Source: a virus. From it: DNA of 64,000 bases. Within the stretch, counting starts at the first letter, position 1; each line of letters starts with the position of its first letter. The notes under the pieces are model-generated. The model did not search any database. It saw nothing but the letters and a program-made list of their open reading frames with translations, and was not told the origin of the DNA. Both the position numbers and the translations under genes were made by a program. This document shows, in pieces, positions 29,371-39,222 of the stretch. The DNA is taken from the IMG/VR virus record IMGVR_UViG_3300045256_000294, positions 64,001-128,000 of that record; one strand, given 5' to 3'.

Positions 29371-29632
29371 ATGGTTGACAAAGTTTGTTCCGCGTGTCTG
29401 GTACCGAAGGCTCTAACCGAATCCCATCGCTTGTTGTGAAGCGTCTCAGTACGAATTTCTGTCGATAGACAATACCGATGGCGGGGGGTATGACCATCGT
29501 CGTAAGATCGGGGGCGGTGGGCGAATATACAGTTGGCTGATTTCGAACGATTTTCATAACGGCTTCAGAACACTGTGCCACAACTGTAATATGGCGTGCG
29601 GACTGTACGGTCACTGCCCGTATGATTCCTAA
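29371..29632 (+). pseudogene. decayed HNH homing endonuclease
   Basis: N-terminal MVDKVCSACLVPKALTE, then in another frame ACCEASQYEFLSIDNTDGGG...FRTLCHNCNMACGLYGHCP. The middle is missing and the expected His in IDH is Asn. Confidence 0.7.
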
Positions 29633-29670
29633 AGCCGATCAACCGGGCTGGCGACCTCTGGGGGTAAACC

Positions 29671-30270
29671 ATGCGGCCACCACGTAAGTCTAAGCTGGAT
29701 ACCTTCTTCAAGGGTCCCGCTATCGACTCCTACACGATCGACCGGATCAAGCACGTCTCGAACACCGAGGTCGTCCGGCGTCTGCTCATCAAGTATTTCA
29801 TGGACAAGGGGTTCACAGAGTCTTTCGACCGCCAGATGTACCCGGCTCTGATCCAAGACCTTCCGAACGTGATCCCGGTCCTGTCGCCAAAGCTGGAGAT
29901 TGTGCCGCACGCGAACGAAATCGACACATCACAGGGCCGGGCCGTCCTTGGCTGGAACCTGTTCGTGCTTGGCAACCAGCGGATGTACCTGGGCGAGACA
30001 TACCACAACTCTCTACATGATCTAGCTCGCCAGATCCGCACGGGTGTGATCCGCGTCCCTGAGTCTGGCTTCCACACGGCCCGTCGGCAGACGACGCCAC
30101 GGCGGGTCATCTCGTTCATCACGCGGGTACTCGGAACGCACGAGGCGGGCTACGTGGACCTGAACCCCGGCACGCGGCCTATCCGGGCTCCAGGCGAACC
30201 GTACGCTGCCAAGCAGACGCTGGCGGGTATGCCGCAGCAGTTCTTCAGCCGCAGCGGTTTTGGGACCTAG
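29671..30270 (+). CDS. hypothetical protein
   Basis: 199-aa ORF with phage-typical codon usage. Confidence 0.75.
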   Translation: MRPPRKSKLDTFFKGPAIDSYTIDRIKHVSNTEVVRRLLIKYFMDKGFTESFDRQMYPALIQDLPNVIPVLSPKLEIVPHANEIDTSQGRAVLGWNLFVLGNQRMYLGETYHNSLHDLARQIRTGVIRVPESGFHTARRQTTPRRVISFITRVLGTHEAGYVDLNPGTRPIRAPGEPYAAKQTLAGMPQQFFSRSGFGT

Positions 30271-30761
30271 AATTGGCAAGAGAATCATATCGTGCTGGTG
30301 AACCTCGCTAAAGGGAAGTTCTCAAACGACGAAATCCGGACCGTTCTGACGAGATTTGCCATCCACCATTGCTACGGAACGTAAGGGTGTTGTTGTGATA
30401 TGCAGACTAGAACGATCCTGGCGATCATCGCCAATGAACTCAGCGAACTTGGGTTTGATGTCGCTTCCAGATTAGACGGATATGGAGGGCGAGAGTTTTC
30501 GTGCTAGTTGGTAGTAATCCGTATTTTTACAAACGCCATATGTCAGATCCAGCTGGCCTAGATGAACTAATCAGACGCCTCTCGCTGCCGAGATGAACGT
30601 CATGGGCTAGCCATCCACCTGGAAAGAGCAAGATTTATAATGACCGACAGGCTCGCCACAGCAGGGGGTGATTACTGGACTTTTGAACTGGCCGACCTGG
30701 ATTGTATTGAGAAGGTCGTCGGTCTGTTCAAGAGGATGTTCCCCCTACCACAAGTGAGGAA

Positions 30762-31562
30762 ATGATGGCAACTACCCGGCTACTGTCGGCAGAGGACATT
30801 TACGACGTCTACGGTCTTGAATGGGTGCTCAAAGCCCGCCAGGGGCAGGACCTGGACGCGGAAGATCGCTCCATGATCTCGTTCCGTCTACAGGAAATCC
30901 GCAACATCTACGTTGCCGCCTGCAAGTCTCGTATCCGGGCTGAAGCACGGTTCCTGGGGATCGACCTGGAAGGCGACACCTTCTCGTTCGAGTACGTCCT
31001 CAAGGAAATCAAGAACAACATCGGCAAGGCGATGGAGCAGAACGCCGAGAAGATGATGCGGGGTGGCGGCTTCAACCTGATGGGCCACATCCTGAACGCC
31101 CACAAAGCGGCCGGTGCCGACCTGACCGGTATCGACACGGCCCGTTTCGGGGTGGGGGCGGCAACTGCCCCGCCGCCTAAGAAGGACGTGGACCCGAACT
31201 GGTTCATGGACACCAAGAAGCACGGCGGGCGGGTGTGGGAAGACCCGCGATGGGCGGAAATCGCCAAGGCGTTCGTGGCGATCGAGGAAGCCCACGGAGA
31301 CGACGAGATCATCCGGTCGATCGACCGCATCAACCAACTGCAACACAACTCCTTCCATGTCCTGATCGACCTGCAGACCGGACGGATGCTGACCGACTAC
31401 ACCAACCAGACCGACGACCGCGAGGCCCGAAAGCGTCTCCAGGAGGTCCTCAACATGAAACTGGAAGCCACCAGTGTCGAGGACTTCAAGGACCGCATGT
31501 CCGCCGATGTCCGGAAACTCCTGCGCAAGTACCGCGGCTCAACCACACGGGTGGCGAAGTGA
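30762..31562 (+). CDS. hypothetical protein
   Basis: 266-aa ORF after GAGG, with strong GC3 bias. Confidence 0.8.
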   Translation: MMATTRLLSAEDIYDVYGLEWVLKARQGQDLDAEDRSMISFRLQEIRNIYVAACKSRIRAEARFLGIDLEGDTFSFEYVLKEIKNNIGKAMEQNAEKMMRGGGFNLMGHILNAHKAAGADLTGIDTARFGVGAATAPPPKKDVDPNWFMDTKKHGGRVWEDPRWAEIAKAFVAIEEAHGDDEIIRSIDRINQLQHNSFHVLIDLQTGRMLTDYTNQTDDREARKRLQEVLNMKLEATSVEDFKDRMSADVRKLLRKYRGSTTRVAK

Positions 31563-31914
31563 CAGACGCAGTGAAAAAGGTTCTCGACAAGAACTACGCC
31601 AAGTGGAAAGTGTCACCTGGGGGTGTGGTAGTGGTCCTATCCCACCCCTGGTCGTACACCAACACCAGAATCCACGTCAATTGTGACGCTTTCGCAAGGT
31701 CCAGAGTGACGAGATTCTTCTGTTCCCACCAGATTATCCGGACGACCCTGAGTTGATTCGTATCAGCGATCTAGCTGACTCAAAGCTATACCACAAGGTC
31801 CTTGGTTATTTCAAGAAGCCACCAACATCTGTACTCACACTCCATTTAATATTCGTCAGGATCAAACATTTCAAGGTACTTAACGAGCACGCCCGCCATC
31901 AACAGGGGCTCAAC

Positions 31915-32274
31915 ATGCCTAATTGGAATCTCTCGGCGACAATCGCTTTCAGGAGTGGCCAGTGGACCTCGATTGAACTGGTCAAGGACGAACTTGGCTT
32001 CCGTTCGTCCGGCCCGGTTGGGATGCTCGCCCTGCCGGAATTCTGTGAAATGGTCGAGCAACTTGGCCTCAAGGCTCACGGCTACTTCTCTTCCAAGAAA
32101 GTGAAGATGGTCGTCTACCGGCTGAGTATCCAGGACGGGAAGGATGTGCTGATGGTATCTGGTGGAACCATGGGGCACAACAAGTTCGGGAAGCATCACC
32201 TTGGCAAGATCATGTTCCACGATGACGACTTCTGCGGTAGTCTACCAGTCGTGTGCGAAGCGGGATCGTCCTGA
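31915..32274 (+). CDS. hypothetical protein
   Basis: Likely start MPNWNLS after AGGGG, within ORF 31753-32274. Confidence 0.55.
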   Translation: MPNWNLSATIAFRSGQWTSIELVKDELGFRSSGPVGMLALPEFCEMVEQLGLKAHGYFSSKKVKMVVYRLSIQDGKDVLMVSGGTMGHNKFGKHHLGKIMFHDDDFCGSLPVVCEAGSS

Positions 32275-32507
32275 CGTGTCTTCTCAACAAGAGGAGACAA
32301 CCATGGGCTGTCTGGCGACGCCGATTTCCAAAGAATAGTTCGAGGAGCCACCGAAGTGTGCTGCCATCGGCGTGGTGGCGGAGGATGTAGCAGGAGTGTT
32401 CATTAGGCCACGACGTGTGGACCTTCTCGAAGTCCTAGAATCCTTCCACAAACAGGCCGATGGTAGTATTCGTAATGTGTATCCTCCGATAGAACAACAC
32501 CCGACCG

Positions 32508-32648
32508 TCACTTCTTCTTGTCGGCCACCTTCTTCACCGCGGGCTTCTTGGCTGGTGCTTTGGCCGCGGACTTCTTCGCGACTGGCTTCTTGGTAGGGGC
32601 CTTGGTGACCAGCTTCTTCGACACAGCCGGTTTCTTCGACGTAGCCAT
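32508..32648 (-). CDS. 46-aa Lys/Ala/Pro-rich histone-H1-like protein (below the ORF-track cutoff)
   Basis: MATSKKPAVSKKLVTKAPTKKPVAKKSAAKAPAKKPAVKKVADKKK*, preceded by GAGGA. Confidence 0.7.
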   Translation of the reverse strand: MATSKKPAVSKKLVTKAPTKKPVAKKSAAKAPAKKPAVKKVADKKK

Positions 32649-32767
32649 CAGTGCACATCCTCAACAGGGGACAAAGGGTTCAGGCGGGCAGTCAACAGCC
32701 CGCCTACGTACGCTTCGGAATCTCACAGACTGAAACATACGGTGCAGACATCAGCCGAGGGACCCCT

Positions 32768-33523
32768 ATGCGACTAACTGAGCTACACCGATTCCAGTCG
32801 CCGTTTCTTGACGGAATCATTGCCTTGTACCACACCGAAAGTGCGGTCAGCGAAGAAACTCGTCAACTATCATGGCCACAGGAATGGGCTGACGAAGTAA
32901 TACGGAGTCCTCGCTTCCAACGCTGGATGGAGTCCCTGGGGGTGACCGGACCGATCGGTAAACCCATGCAGGGCGGCGTTGGCCGAGCCTACCCTGTAGG
33001 CAAGAACCATATCGTCAAATTCACCACCGACCAGAAAGAAGCCCAGGCAGCGGCCATCCTCAAAGGTCACGACTCGCCGCACGCAGCCGACATCTACGGC
33101 GTCCACCGGATCAACAGTTTCGACCACAACGGCAGGCGGGTCAACCTGTTCGCTATTGTCATGCAGCGGCTGAACACGGGAGTGGGTGCGAGGATGAGAG
33201 CAGCCGGTAACGCCGTCTACCAGTATCTCGATGATAACAGTGGTTTCATCGAAGACGTGGATGCCGTCATCAACGTCGTGATGGCCAAGTATGTGGACCC
33301 GAAGCTGCGGGCTGATGACGGGATGAAGTTCGCAGTGACGAAGGTGGTGAACGCCCTACATGACGTGCAGAAGAGGACGGGTGTGCTGTCCCAGGATCCT
33401 CACGGCGGAAACGTGGCCTTCAAGGGTCGGGAGCCTGCCTTCTTCGACTTCGGGCGGTCCAGTGTGAACTATGACCACCCGAAGTCAAAGGGTGCCCGAA
33501 TCACGGCTCTCCCAGAGTCGTGA
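32768..33523 (+). CDS. protein-kinase-like protein with an MRLTELH N-terminus
   Basis: Gly loop QGGVGRAY, IVKFT Lys, IVMQRL, catalytic loop DPHGGNV and DFG. Confidence 0.8.
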   Translation: MRLTELHRFQSPFLDGIIALYHTESAVSEETRQLSWPQEWADEVIRSPRFQRWMESLGVTGPIGKPMQGGVGRAYPVGKNHIVKFTTDQKEAQAAAILKGHDSPHAADIYGVHRINSFDHNGRRVNLFAIVMQRLNTGVGARMRAAGNAVYQYLDDNSGFIEDVDAVINVVMAKYVDPKLRADDGMKFAVTKVVNALHDVQKRTGVLSQDPHGGNVAFKGREPAFFDFGRSSVNYDHPKSKGARITALPES

Positions 33524-33770
33524 TCTTGGCTTCTGGCAGTAGCAAGTCTTTGTCCTTCCAATAACGTTGGTCCACCCCAGCCGTCTGCATCAGGACTTTC
33601 CAGGCGGCTCGCTGATTCTTGGGGACCATGCCGTAGCTGTCCAAGGCAATCCCATATGGGGCCAGTTTTGGGTTCAGTTCAGCGGGGTTCTGGTGCTGGA
33701 CAATCACCCGATAGGAGGTCCCGGTGGGGACTCCAAGGTACAGGTCCAGCTTTTCGAGGTCGTGGGGCAT
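33501..33770 (-). CDS. hypothetical protein
   Basis: 89-aa ORF. Confidence 0.55.
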   Translation of the reverse strand: MPHDLEKLDLYLGVPTGTSYRVIVQHQNPAELNPKLAPYGIALDSYGMVPKNQRAAWKVLMQTAGVDQRYWKDKDLLLPEAKITTLGEP

Positions 33771-33787
33771 GATCGTTTCAATGCAGC

Positions 33788-33817
33788 ACCGCCCGCGGAG
33801 AGGTCACAGCGGGCGGT
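33788..33817 (-). terminator. GC-rich hairpin downstream of the sigma-like gene
   Basis: accgcccgc...gcgggcggt, a 9-bp inverted repeat with no clear U-tract. Confidence 0.4.
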
Positions 33818-33834
33818 AGCATTGTAGCAGGTTG

Positions 33835-35271
33835 TTAATTCGGCACGAAGTCGTTGTAGTGCATGTGGACGCTGATCGTCTTCTTGTGGACGTTCACCGC
33901 TCGCGTGGTGATGCCCAGGAATTCGGCGATGTGGTTGATCTTGGGCGGACCGTCGCCGTACTTAGTGGTGAACCGGACGGAGATTTCGCCCTGGCCGGAC
34001 AGGATGTCGAACACGTCTTTGCAGTGGCCGTCGGGGATGGCGTCCCGGATGGCACGCATCGCTTCCGAGTTGTCCACGATGTCCACGTGGTTATCCGGAT
34101 CCATACGCTCTCCTCCGATGGTTCGGTGGCTGATCTGGGAAATCGTGAAGTCGCTGCTGTCCTGCTCTTCGGTCGGGTTGGCGAAGTTGTCCATCACACT
34201 GACGTGTTCCGGACGGTAGACCTTCACCTGAAACTGCTGCAGGAGCTTGCCGCCCTTCGGCGGTTCTTGCATCTGAGCGATGATCCACTCGCTCTTGTTC
34301 TTACCCGCGGGCAACCACTCTTGATAGAGGGGCATCGGGGTAGCGTCGGGGTTGACCACTACTTCGATTGTCTGTTCGGTGGCCCGGATAAGTACGCCGT
34401 ACAATTCGCCTTTGGCCTTGAGTCTGGCGAATTCGGCGGTGAACTCCGGCGGGGTGGTCAGGCCGCAAATCTTGATGTTGTAGGCCCCGTTCTCCGGCTC
34501 GATCCGCTCGCAGTAGTTGTAGTCAACCTCCATTTGGTTGCACAAGCTCAGGATTTCCTGAGTGAGCAGCCAGTCGGTGTTGCCGACGATCCCCTGCGGC
34601 TCCTTGTTGTGTTCTTTCCGCTTATTTTCGTTGATCTGTTGGCGGAAGTAGTTCCACACGAACTCGCCGAAGAATTTCCGCAGTTGCTTGTCGTCATCGA
34701 CGATGGCTTGCGGGTTCTCGTACTTCTTGGCCCCGGCGATCGCGAAGATGGTGGACTTGTAGGTCGGGGCGGCGAAGCCGTCCGGCATGTCCGCGTAGCT
34801 GGCCTGGAAGTCCTCGATGGTGATGTACTTGTCGTTGTTCCGTACCCGTTGCTGCAGAGCCTCGATGTCGCCGGGGGAGTCGATTTCGACGCACCGGCAG
34901 TTCGGACAAGGGGTCTGGATGCGGTCGATGGCTTTGGGCTTGGCCCGCTTGGTCGTATAGGTGGCGGAGCCGCAGGCCCGGCACTCGAAGGTGTACTTGC
35001 GGTGGTAGAAAAGGTCCACGACACCCCGCCAGATGGCGACCCGCAGTTCTTGCTCGGCGATCTCCCGGTCATCGGCGTAGTCCGCCGCGATGGTGACCGA
35101 GAGTTCCTTCATGAACTTGATCTTGTGCCGCTGCATGTCCGGGTGGGCGGAGATCCTCCGCACGAGTCCCTCGATATGTTCCCGCTGGTCGGCGGTGAGA
35201 CCCTTCATGGTGATATTGGCGAGGGAGCCACGAAGGTACAGTTCGGGCATCTGTCGAACGTTAGCCATCAC
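33835..35271 (-). CDS. divergent sigma-70-like transcription factor with an inserted zinc ribbon
   Basis: Region-2-like DREIAEQELRVAIWRG and FVWNYFRQQINE; CRAC...CPNC; C-terminal HTH INHIAEFLGITTRAVNVHKKTI. Confidence 0.6.
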   Translation of the reverse strand: MMANVRQMPELYLRGSLANITMKGLTADQREHIEGLVRRISAHPDMQRHKIKFMKELSVTIAADYADDREIAEQELRVAIWRGVVDLFYHRKYTFECRACGSATYTTKRAKPKAIDRIQTPCPNCRCVEIDSPGDIEALQQRVRNNDKYITIEDFQASYADMPDGFAAPTYKSTIFAIAGAKKYENPQAIVDDDKQLRKFFGEFVWNYFRQQINENKRKEHNKEPQGIVGNTDWLLTQEILSLCNQMEVDYNYCERIEPENGAYNIKICGLTTPPEFTAEFARLKAKGELYGVLIRATEQTIEVVVNPDATPMPLYQEWLPAGKNKSEWIIAQMQEPPKGGKLLQQFQVKVYRPEHVSVMDNFANPTEEQDSSDFTISQISHRTIGGERMDPDNHVDIVDNSEAMRAIRDAIPDGHCKDVFDILSGQGEISVRFTTKYGDGPPKINHIAEFLGITTRAVNVHKKTISVHMHYNDFVPN

Positions 35272-35422
35272 TCAGAACTCCTGGTAGGTTGCGATTTATT
35301 AGCCACTTGAACGTTATACCGGTCTTAGGGATACCATGAACGTTTACGGGACATTCATTGTATTGGGTCCGGCTAGTGCGACCCACCCTATTCACCCCGA
35401 TATCTGTGGCAAGGGAACCGTC

Positions 35423-36208
35423 ATGGCTCAATATTGCGATTCCCAGAAGCTAGAGCGGAACTGGTTCCACTGGCTCCTGTCGTCGCGGGTGCCCACCCTC
35501 GAACACTATCGGAGTATCGGACTCCTCTGGACCAAGGTCATCGGAGTGGTCACCGACGATGAAGGTTCTCCACTCCATCGTCACGGGAAGGTCCTCCCCG
35601 ATCCCTCTTATCCAGTCCGGGCTCACTGCATCGCTCTCGCGACCCCCATCTACTTCAACAGTCACGACGGGCAAGTACAGTCAACCGGTACCGTGTTCCA
35701 GGATGGCAAGCCATTGCGTCAGGCTCTGCCGCCAACCGAGATCCTGAACCTCCTTTCTGACGACTCGTTGCACCGTCTAGGGGACCCCCTGGTGCAACTA
35801 ACCAAGGTCATCCCCAGCCTACAAAGCAAGGGGTACATCCGCGAGATGTCCACGAACACGACTTGGCACGCCATGCTGGAAGATGTTAACCGCATCTGCC
35901 ACGGCATCGCGATGAAATTCAAGCCGAGGAACGAGGACGAGCACGCGGAACTGACCAACGAAGCCGTCTACCAAGTGATGAAGAAGCTGGCTGAGTACAA
36001 GCTGGTGTACACTCCCGGCCGGGCACCGGTCTTCAACCTGCTGACAACCACCATCCACCGTGTTCTCTACTCCGTGATGAACAAGCGGAAGCACCAGCGG
36101 GAAGGGCTTGGCCGAATCCTGGCCGAAGCCGAGGCCGGCACCCTTCCGGAAACTCATCGCAGCTTGCGAGTGCAGAGCGGTCATCGCCGAACCATTAGAA
36201 CACGGTGA
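35423..36208 (+). CDS. T4 gp55-like late sigma factor
   Basis: MAQYCDSQKL...RICHGIAMKF...AELTNEAVYQVMKKL...YTPGRAPVFNLLTTTIHRVLYSVMNK parallels the gp55 pattern YV.N..L...KIA..L...DMI......FDP....PFAY.T. Confidence 0.6.
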   Translation: MAQYCDSQKLERNWFHWLLSSRVPTLEHYRSIGLLWTKVIGVVTDDEGSPLHRHGKVLPDPSYPVRAHCIALATPIYFNSHDGQVQSTGTVFQDGKPLRQALPPTEILNLLSDDSLHRLGDPLVQLTKVIPSLQSKGYIREMSTNTTWHAMLEDVNRICHGIAMKFKPRNEDEHAELTNEAVYQVMKKLAEYKLVYTPGRAPVFNLLTTTIHRVLYSVMNKRKHQREGLGRILAEAEAGTLPETHRSLRVQSGHRRTIRTR

Positions 36209-36504
36209 TTCTGGCCTGTCAAGGTCGGTAGCCACCACCGTTCAAACACTTTCGGCCAATCTTCGCCATGTCGGCATTCCTGGTGTGGTAGGATTAGCCA
36301 TATCAATAAAACACATCGGCACGTATTTGAAACACATTGTGTATATCGAAAGGTTCGCCGCCTAAGCTTGTTCAGGCTCTTATCAGGACGTCCCGATCAC
36401 CATGTCTTGAACGCCAATCGTCGTTTTAGTGTCAATGTATTAAAAGCTAACGGGTATCGGGAGTACCGTACCAGTGTCGTGCGACTCCACAACTGCAGGT
36501 AATC

Positions 36505-36780
36505 ATGACCACGTCCGACCCGCGTTTGCGGAAAGTCAGGACTCCTTTGGCCAGCCCGGAGGCCCGCAAGTTACTTAAAGACCACAAGGAAGCTATCGTC
36601 ATCACCGTCAATCCGGACATGAAGGGTGACGGCGAAGTTAACTTGGCGGTCTACACCAAGCTGGCCAACGAGGGGGGCGTGTTAGCCACCTACCTCGAAC
36701 AGGTTTTGAAGAACCTGATGCGGACACGAAATGACAAACAAGCACATCGTACGGGCAAAGCCGCCCCAACTGGTGCGTAA
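36505..36780 (+). CDS. hypothetical protein
   Basis: 91-aa ORF after AGGT, downstream of a GTATTAAA motif. Confidence 0.6.
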   Translation: MTTSDPRLRKVRTPLASPEARKLLKDHKEAIVITVNPDMKGDGEVNLAVYTKLANEGGVLATYLEQVLKNLMRTRNDKQAHRTGKAAPTGA

Positions 36781-38779
36781 GCGGATCCAAGTGGTCTTGC
36801 CGAAGAACGTCTCTGTCGTCATCAAACCCAGCCGAGCCCAGGTTGTCAACCTCAAAGACCTGAGGAAACAGGTCCCACAACCGGCGAAGCCTATACCACA
36901 GCCCAAAGTAGAACCGGCCCAACCACAGAATCTGGCAATGCCGGCGGCCGCGATCGCCCGACAAAAGCTCATCAAGAGTCGGCGATCGCAACAGGGACGT
37001 AAGAAAACCGAAGTCAAGTACGTCAGCCGGGACATCAACCCCGAATCTATCAACCGCATCGCATTGCTACGAAACGCGGGGAGGGGGAAGCTGTTGATAA
37101 TCGTGGGGAACGGCCCATCCATCCTCGAAGCAGACCTGGGCAGGCTCCGCAACAACCCCCGCATCCAGATTCTGACCGTCAACAAGCCCGATGCCCGGCT
37201 CTGGCCCACAGACTTCTGGGCCTTCTTCGACTCATCCCAATTCCGACGCCACGAAGAATTGTGGAACGGCTACAGTGGCCTCATCTTCAACAGCACCGCC
37301 ATCAAACGGCAGAAGTCCACCAGTATGCAGTTCAGGAATAAGGGTGGCAAAGGATGGAGTCGTGACCTACTATCTGGAATCCATATCGGCCGCTCGTCCG
37401 TCTACGCCAGCATGCAAATCGCCAGTTGGATGAACCACGAGCACGTCTACATCTTCGGGTGCCTGCCAGACGGAGAGAAGATTCTAACTGGCAGGGGTAT
37501 GGTCGCCATCGATGCCCTAGGGCCACTCGACCAAGTTTATACTACTCAAGGTTTCAAACAGTTGACAGGATACCAAAGACGCTGGTATGAAGGCACGCTG
37601 GTGTCGCTCACCACCAGGATGAATAATATTCCTCTAAATGTTACAGAAGAACATCCAATACTGGTTGAACGTCAAGGACAAGAGTCATTTGTGCGGGCTG
37701 GGGATATTGGCGTTGGTGATATAGCAATCTATCCGATTGACCAAAGTGTTGAAGAGGATCGACATAGCACAGACTTCTGGTGGTTAGTGGGTGTCTACGC
37801 TGCTCAAGGATATATTAGACCGGTTCGTGACAAGTACAAATACGCAGTGATGTGCTTGGGCCGTCACGAAGCTAGTTTCCAGCAAAAAGTCGCTAAGACT
37901 GCCGCCCTTTGTCTTGGATGCAGGACCACTGGAGACAAGCGCAATCGCTCGACCACCGAGCTTGTCATTAATAACGACTATTTCGGGCGATTCGTTGCCG
38001 AACATGTAGGCCGTGGTTCTACTACTAAATTTCTTAGCCCCACAGTGATGCGGCTTCCCCCCGACAAACAAGCCGCGTTTGTCGCAGGGTATTGTGAGGG
38101 TGATGGTTCTCTGTTCGTAAAAAATAAACTCGGCAAACATGAGTGCACATTCTCTACGGCATCGGAAAGTTTGGCCGAGTGTCTCCAGAAGCTTTTACTC
38201 AGATTCGGAGTTATATCGTCTCTGGTGAAATCTAAGCGCCCATCCGGATTTGATCGCTCCGGTTGTGGTCAATATGGGGTCCGTTATCATGTCCATGTTA
38301 TAGGGGCGGTTCTTGACAGCCTTGCCAGTCGTTGTGGATGGACAGTTACCACGAGCAAGAAAAGACCTTTATTTGATACTGAGATTTTGGATGGGCGGCT
38401 TCGCGTTCGGGTCAGGAGTGTGTCCCACACATCGTACGTTGGTTATGTCAACAACATCGAGGTGAAAGGGCCGCACACCTATAGTTCTCGTCTCCTCATG
38501 ACACACAACTGCGACATGAACCCCGACGGTATCAACGGAAAACTCCACTTCTACGGGCAGAACCCAGACGTCGATCAAGAACAGCGGAAGCAACGGTTCG
38601 CCAAGGAAGCAGTATTCTACGATCAGGCTGCTGACATCATGACCCCGGACGAGCGGCTGAAATTCACCTTCTGCTCGGCTTACAACAAATGGCCATTCGT
38701 CGAGAAGTATGGGCGTCTGGACCATCGCGAAGCAATTGACCACATCTTGAAACATGCTGAGCAGCTAAACAAATCCTGA
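36731..38779 (+). CDS. DUF115/MAF-like (GT42/MptE-like fold) protein with an intein
   Basis: LIIVGNGPSI, LTVN, FWAFFD, SSVYASMQIASWM...YIFG|CDM...HFY. Confidence 0.8.
   Translation: MTNKHIVRAKPPQLVRKRIQVVLPKNVSVVIKPSRAQVVNLKDLRKQVPQPAKPIPQPKVEPAQPQNLAMPAAAIARQKLIKSRRSQQGRKKTEVKYVSRDINPESINRIALLRNAGRGKLLIIVGNGPSILEADLGRLRNNPRIQILTVNKPDARLWPTDFWAFFDSSQFRRHEELWNGYSGLIFNSTAIKRQKSTSMQFRNKGGKGWSRDLLSGIHIGRSSVYASMQIASWMNHEHVYIFGCLPDGEKILTGRGMVAIDALGPLDQVYTTQGFKQLTGYQRRWYEGTLVSLTTRMNNIPLNVTEEHPILVERQGQESFVRAGDIGVGDIAIYPIDQSVEEDRHSTDFWWLVGVYAAQGYIRPVRDKYKYAVMCLGRHEASFQQKVAKTAALCLGCRTTGDKRNRSTTELVINNDYFGRFVAEHVGRGSTTKFLSPTVMRLPPDKQAAFVAGYCEGDGSLFVKNKLGKHECTFSTASESLAECLQKLLLRFGVISSLVKSKRPSGFDRSGCGQYGVRYHVHVIGAVLDSLASRCGWTVTTSKKRPLFDTEILDGRLRVRVRSVSHTSYVGYVNNIEVKGPHTYSSRLLMTHNCDMNPDGINGKLHFYGQNPDVDQEQRKQRFAKEAVFYDQAADIMTPDERLKFTFCSAYNKWPFVEKYGRLDHREAIDHILKHAEQLNKS
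37460..38509 (+). mobile_element. intein (350 aa, LAGLIDADG type)
   Basis: CLPDGEKILT...VTEEHPIL...LVGVYAAQG...FVAGYCEGDG...VNNIEVKGPHTY...MTHN|C. Confidence 0.92.
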
Positions 38780-38838
38780 TACGTATTGTAGAATCCGTAT
38801 CACAACGCGGGGGGCGGCCGGCAGGCCGTATTGTAGCT

Positions 38839-39222
38839 ATGTCGGCAGTCTATGTTGGGTCGAGCCTGCATAACGCCCAGCGAGTCCGAGAGGTCCAACA
38901 ACGGTTTCGTGATGTAGGGATCGACATCACTTACGACTGGACCACCCACGGTCAGATCTTCGACGAAGCCCTCCTAGCCGAAGTCGGGGAGCTAGAGGAG
39001 AAAGGCGTCCGAGACTGCGACGTCTTTTTCATGCTTCATCCCGCCAGAAATGGCACTCACTATGAGATGGGCCTCGCTAAGGGGCTCAATAAACTCATCG
39101 TGATGGTGGCAGAGCAAGAAGTTGAGAAGAAGACCTTCTACTACACCAGCGGCATCGTCAAGTTCACCAACCTCGATGAAGCTATCGAATTCGTCAAGCT
39201 AACCCTGAGAGAAAGACCATGA
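38839..39222 (+). CDS. nucleoside 2-deoxyribosyltransferase / dNMP N-glycosidase-like protein
   Basis: VYVGSS, ITYDW, GVRDCDVFFML and GTHYEMGLAKGLNK (catalytic Glu motif). Confidence 0.75.
   Translation: MSAVYVGSSLHNAQRVREVQQRFRDVGIDITYDWTTHGQIFDEALLAEVGELEEKGVRDCDVFFMLHPARNGTHYEMGLAKGLNKLIVMVAEQEVEKKTFYYTSGIVKFTNLDEAIEFVKLTLRERP

Noticed and set aside
33832-35310. 492-aa plus-strand ORF and similar long antisense ORFs (e.g. 55338-56438, 58109-58936)
   Set aside because: These are shadow frames of GC3-biased genes on the opposite strand and have no recognisable motifs.
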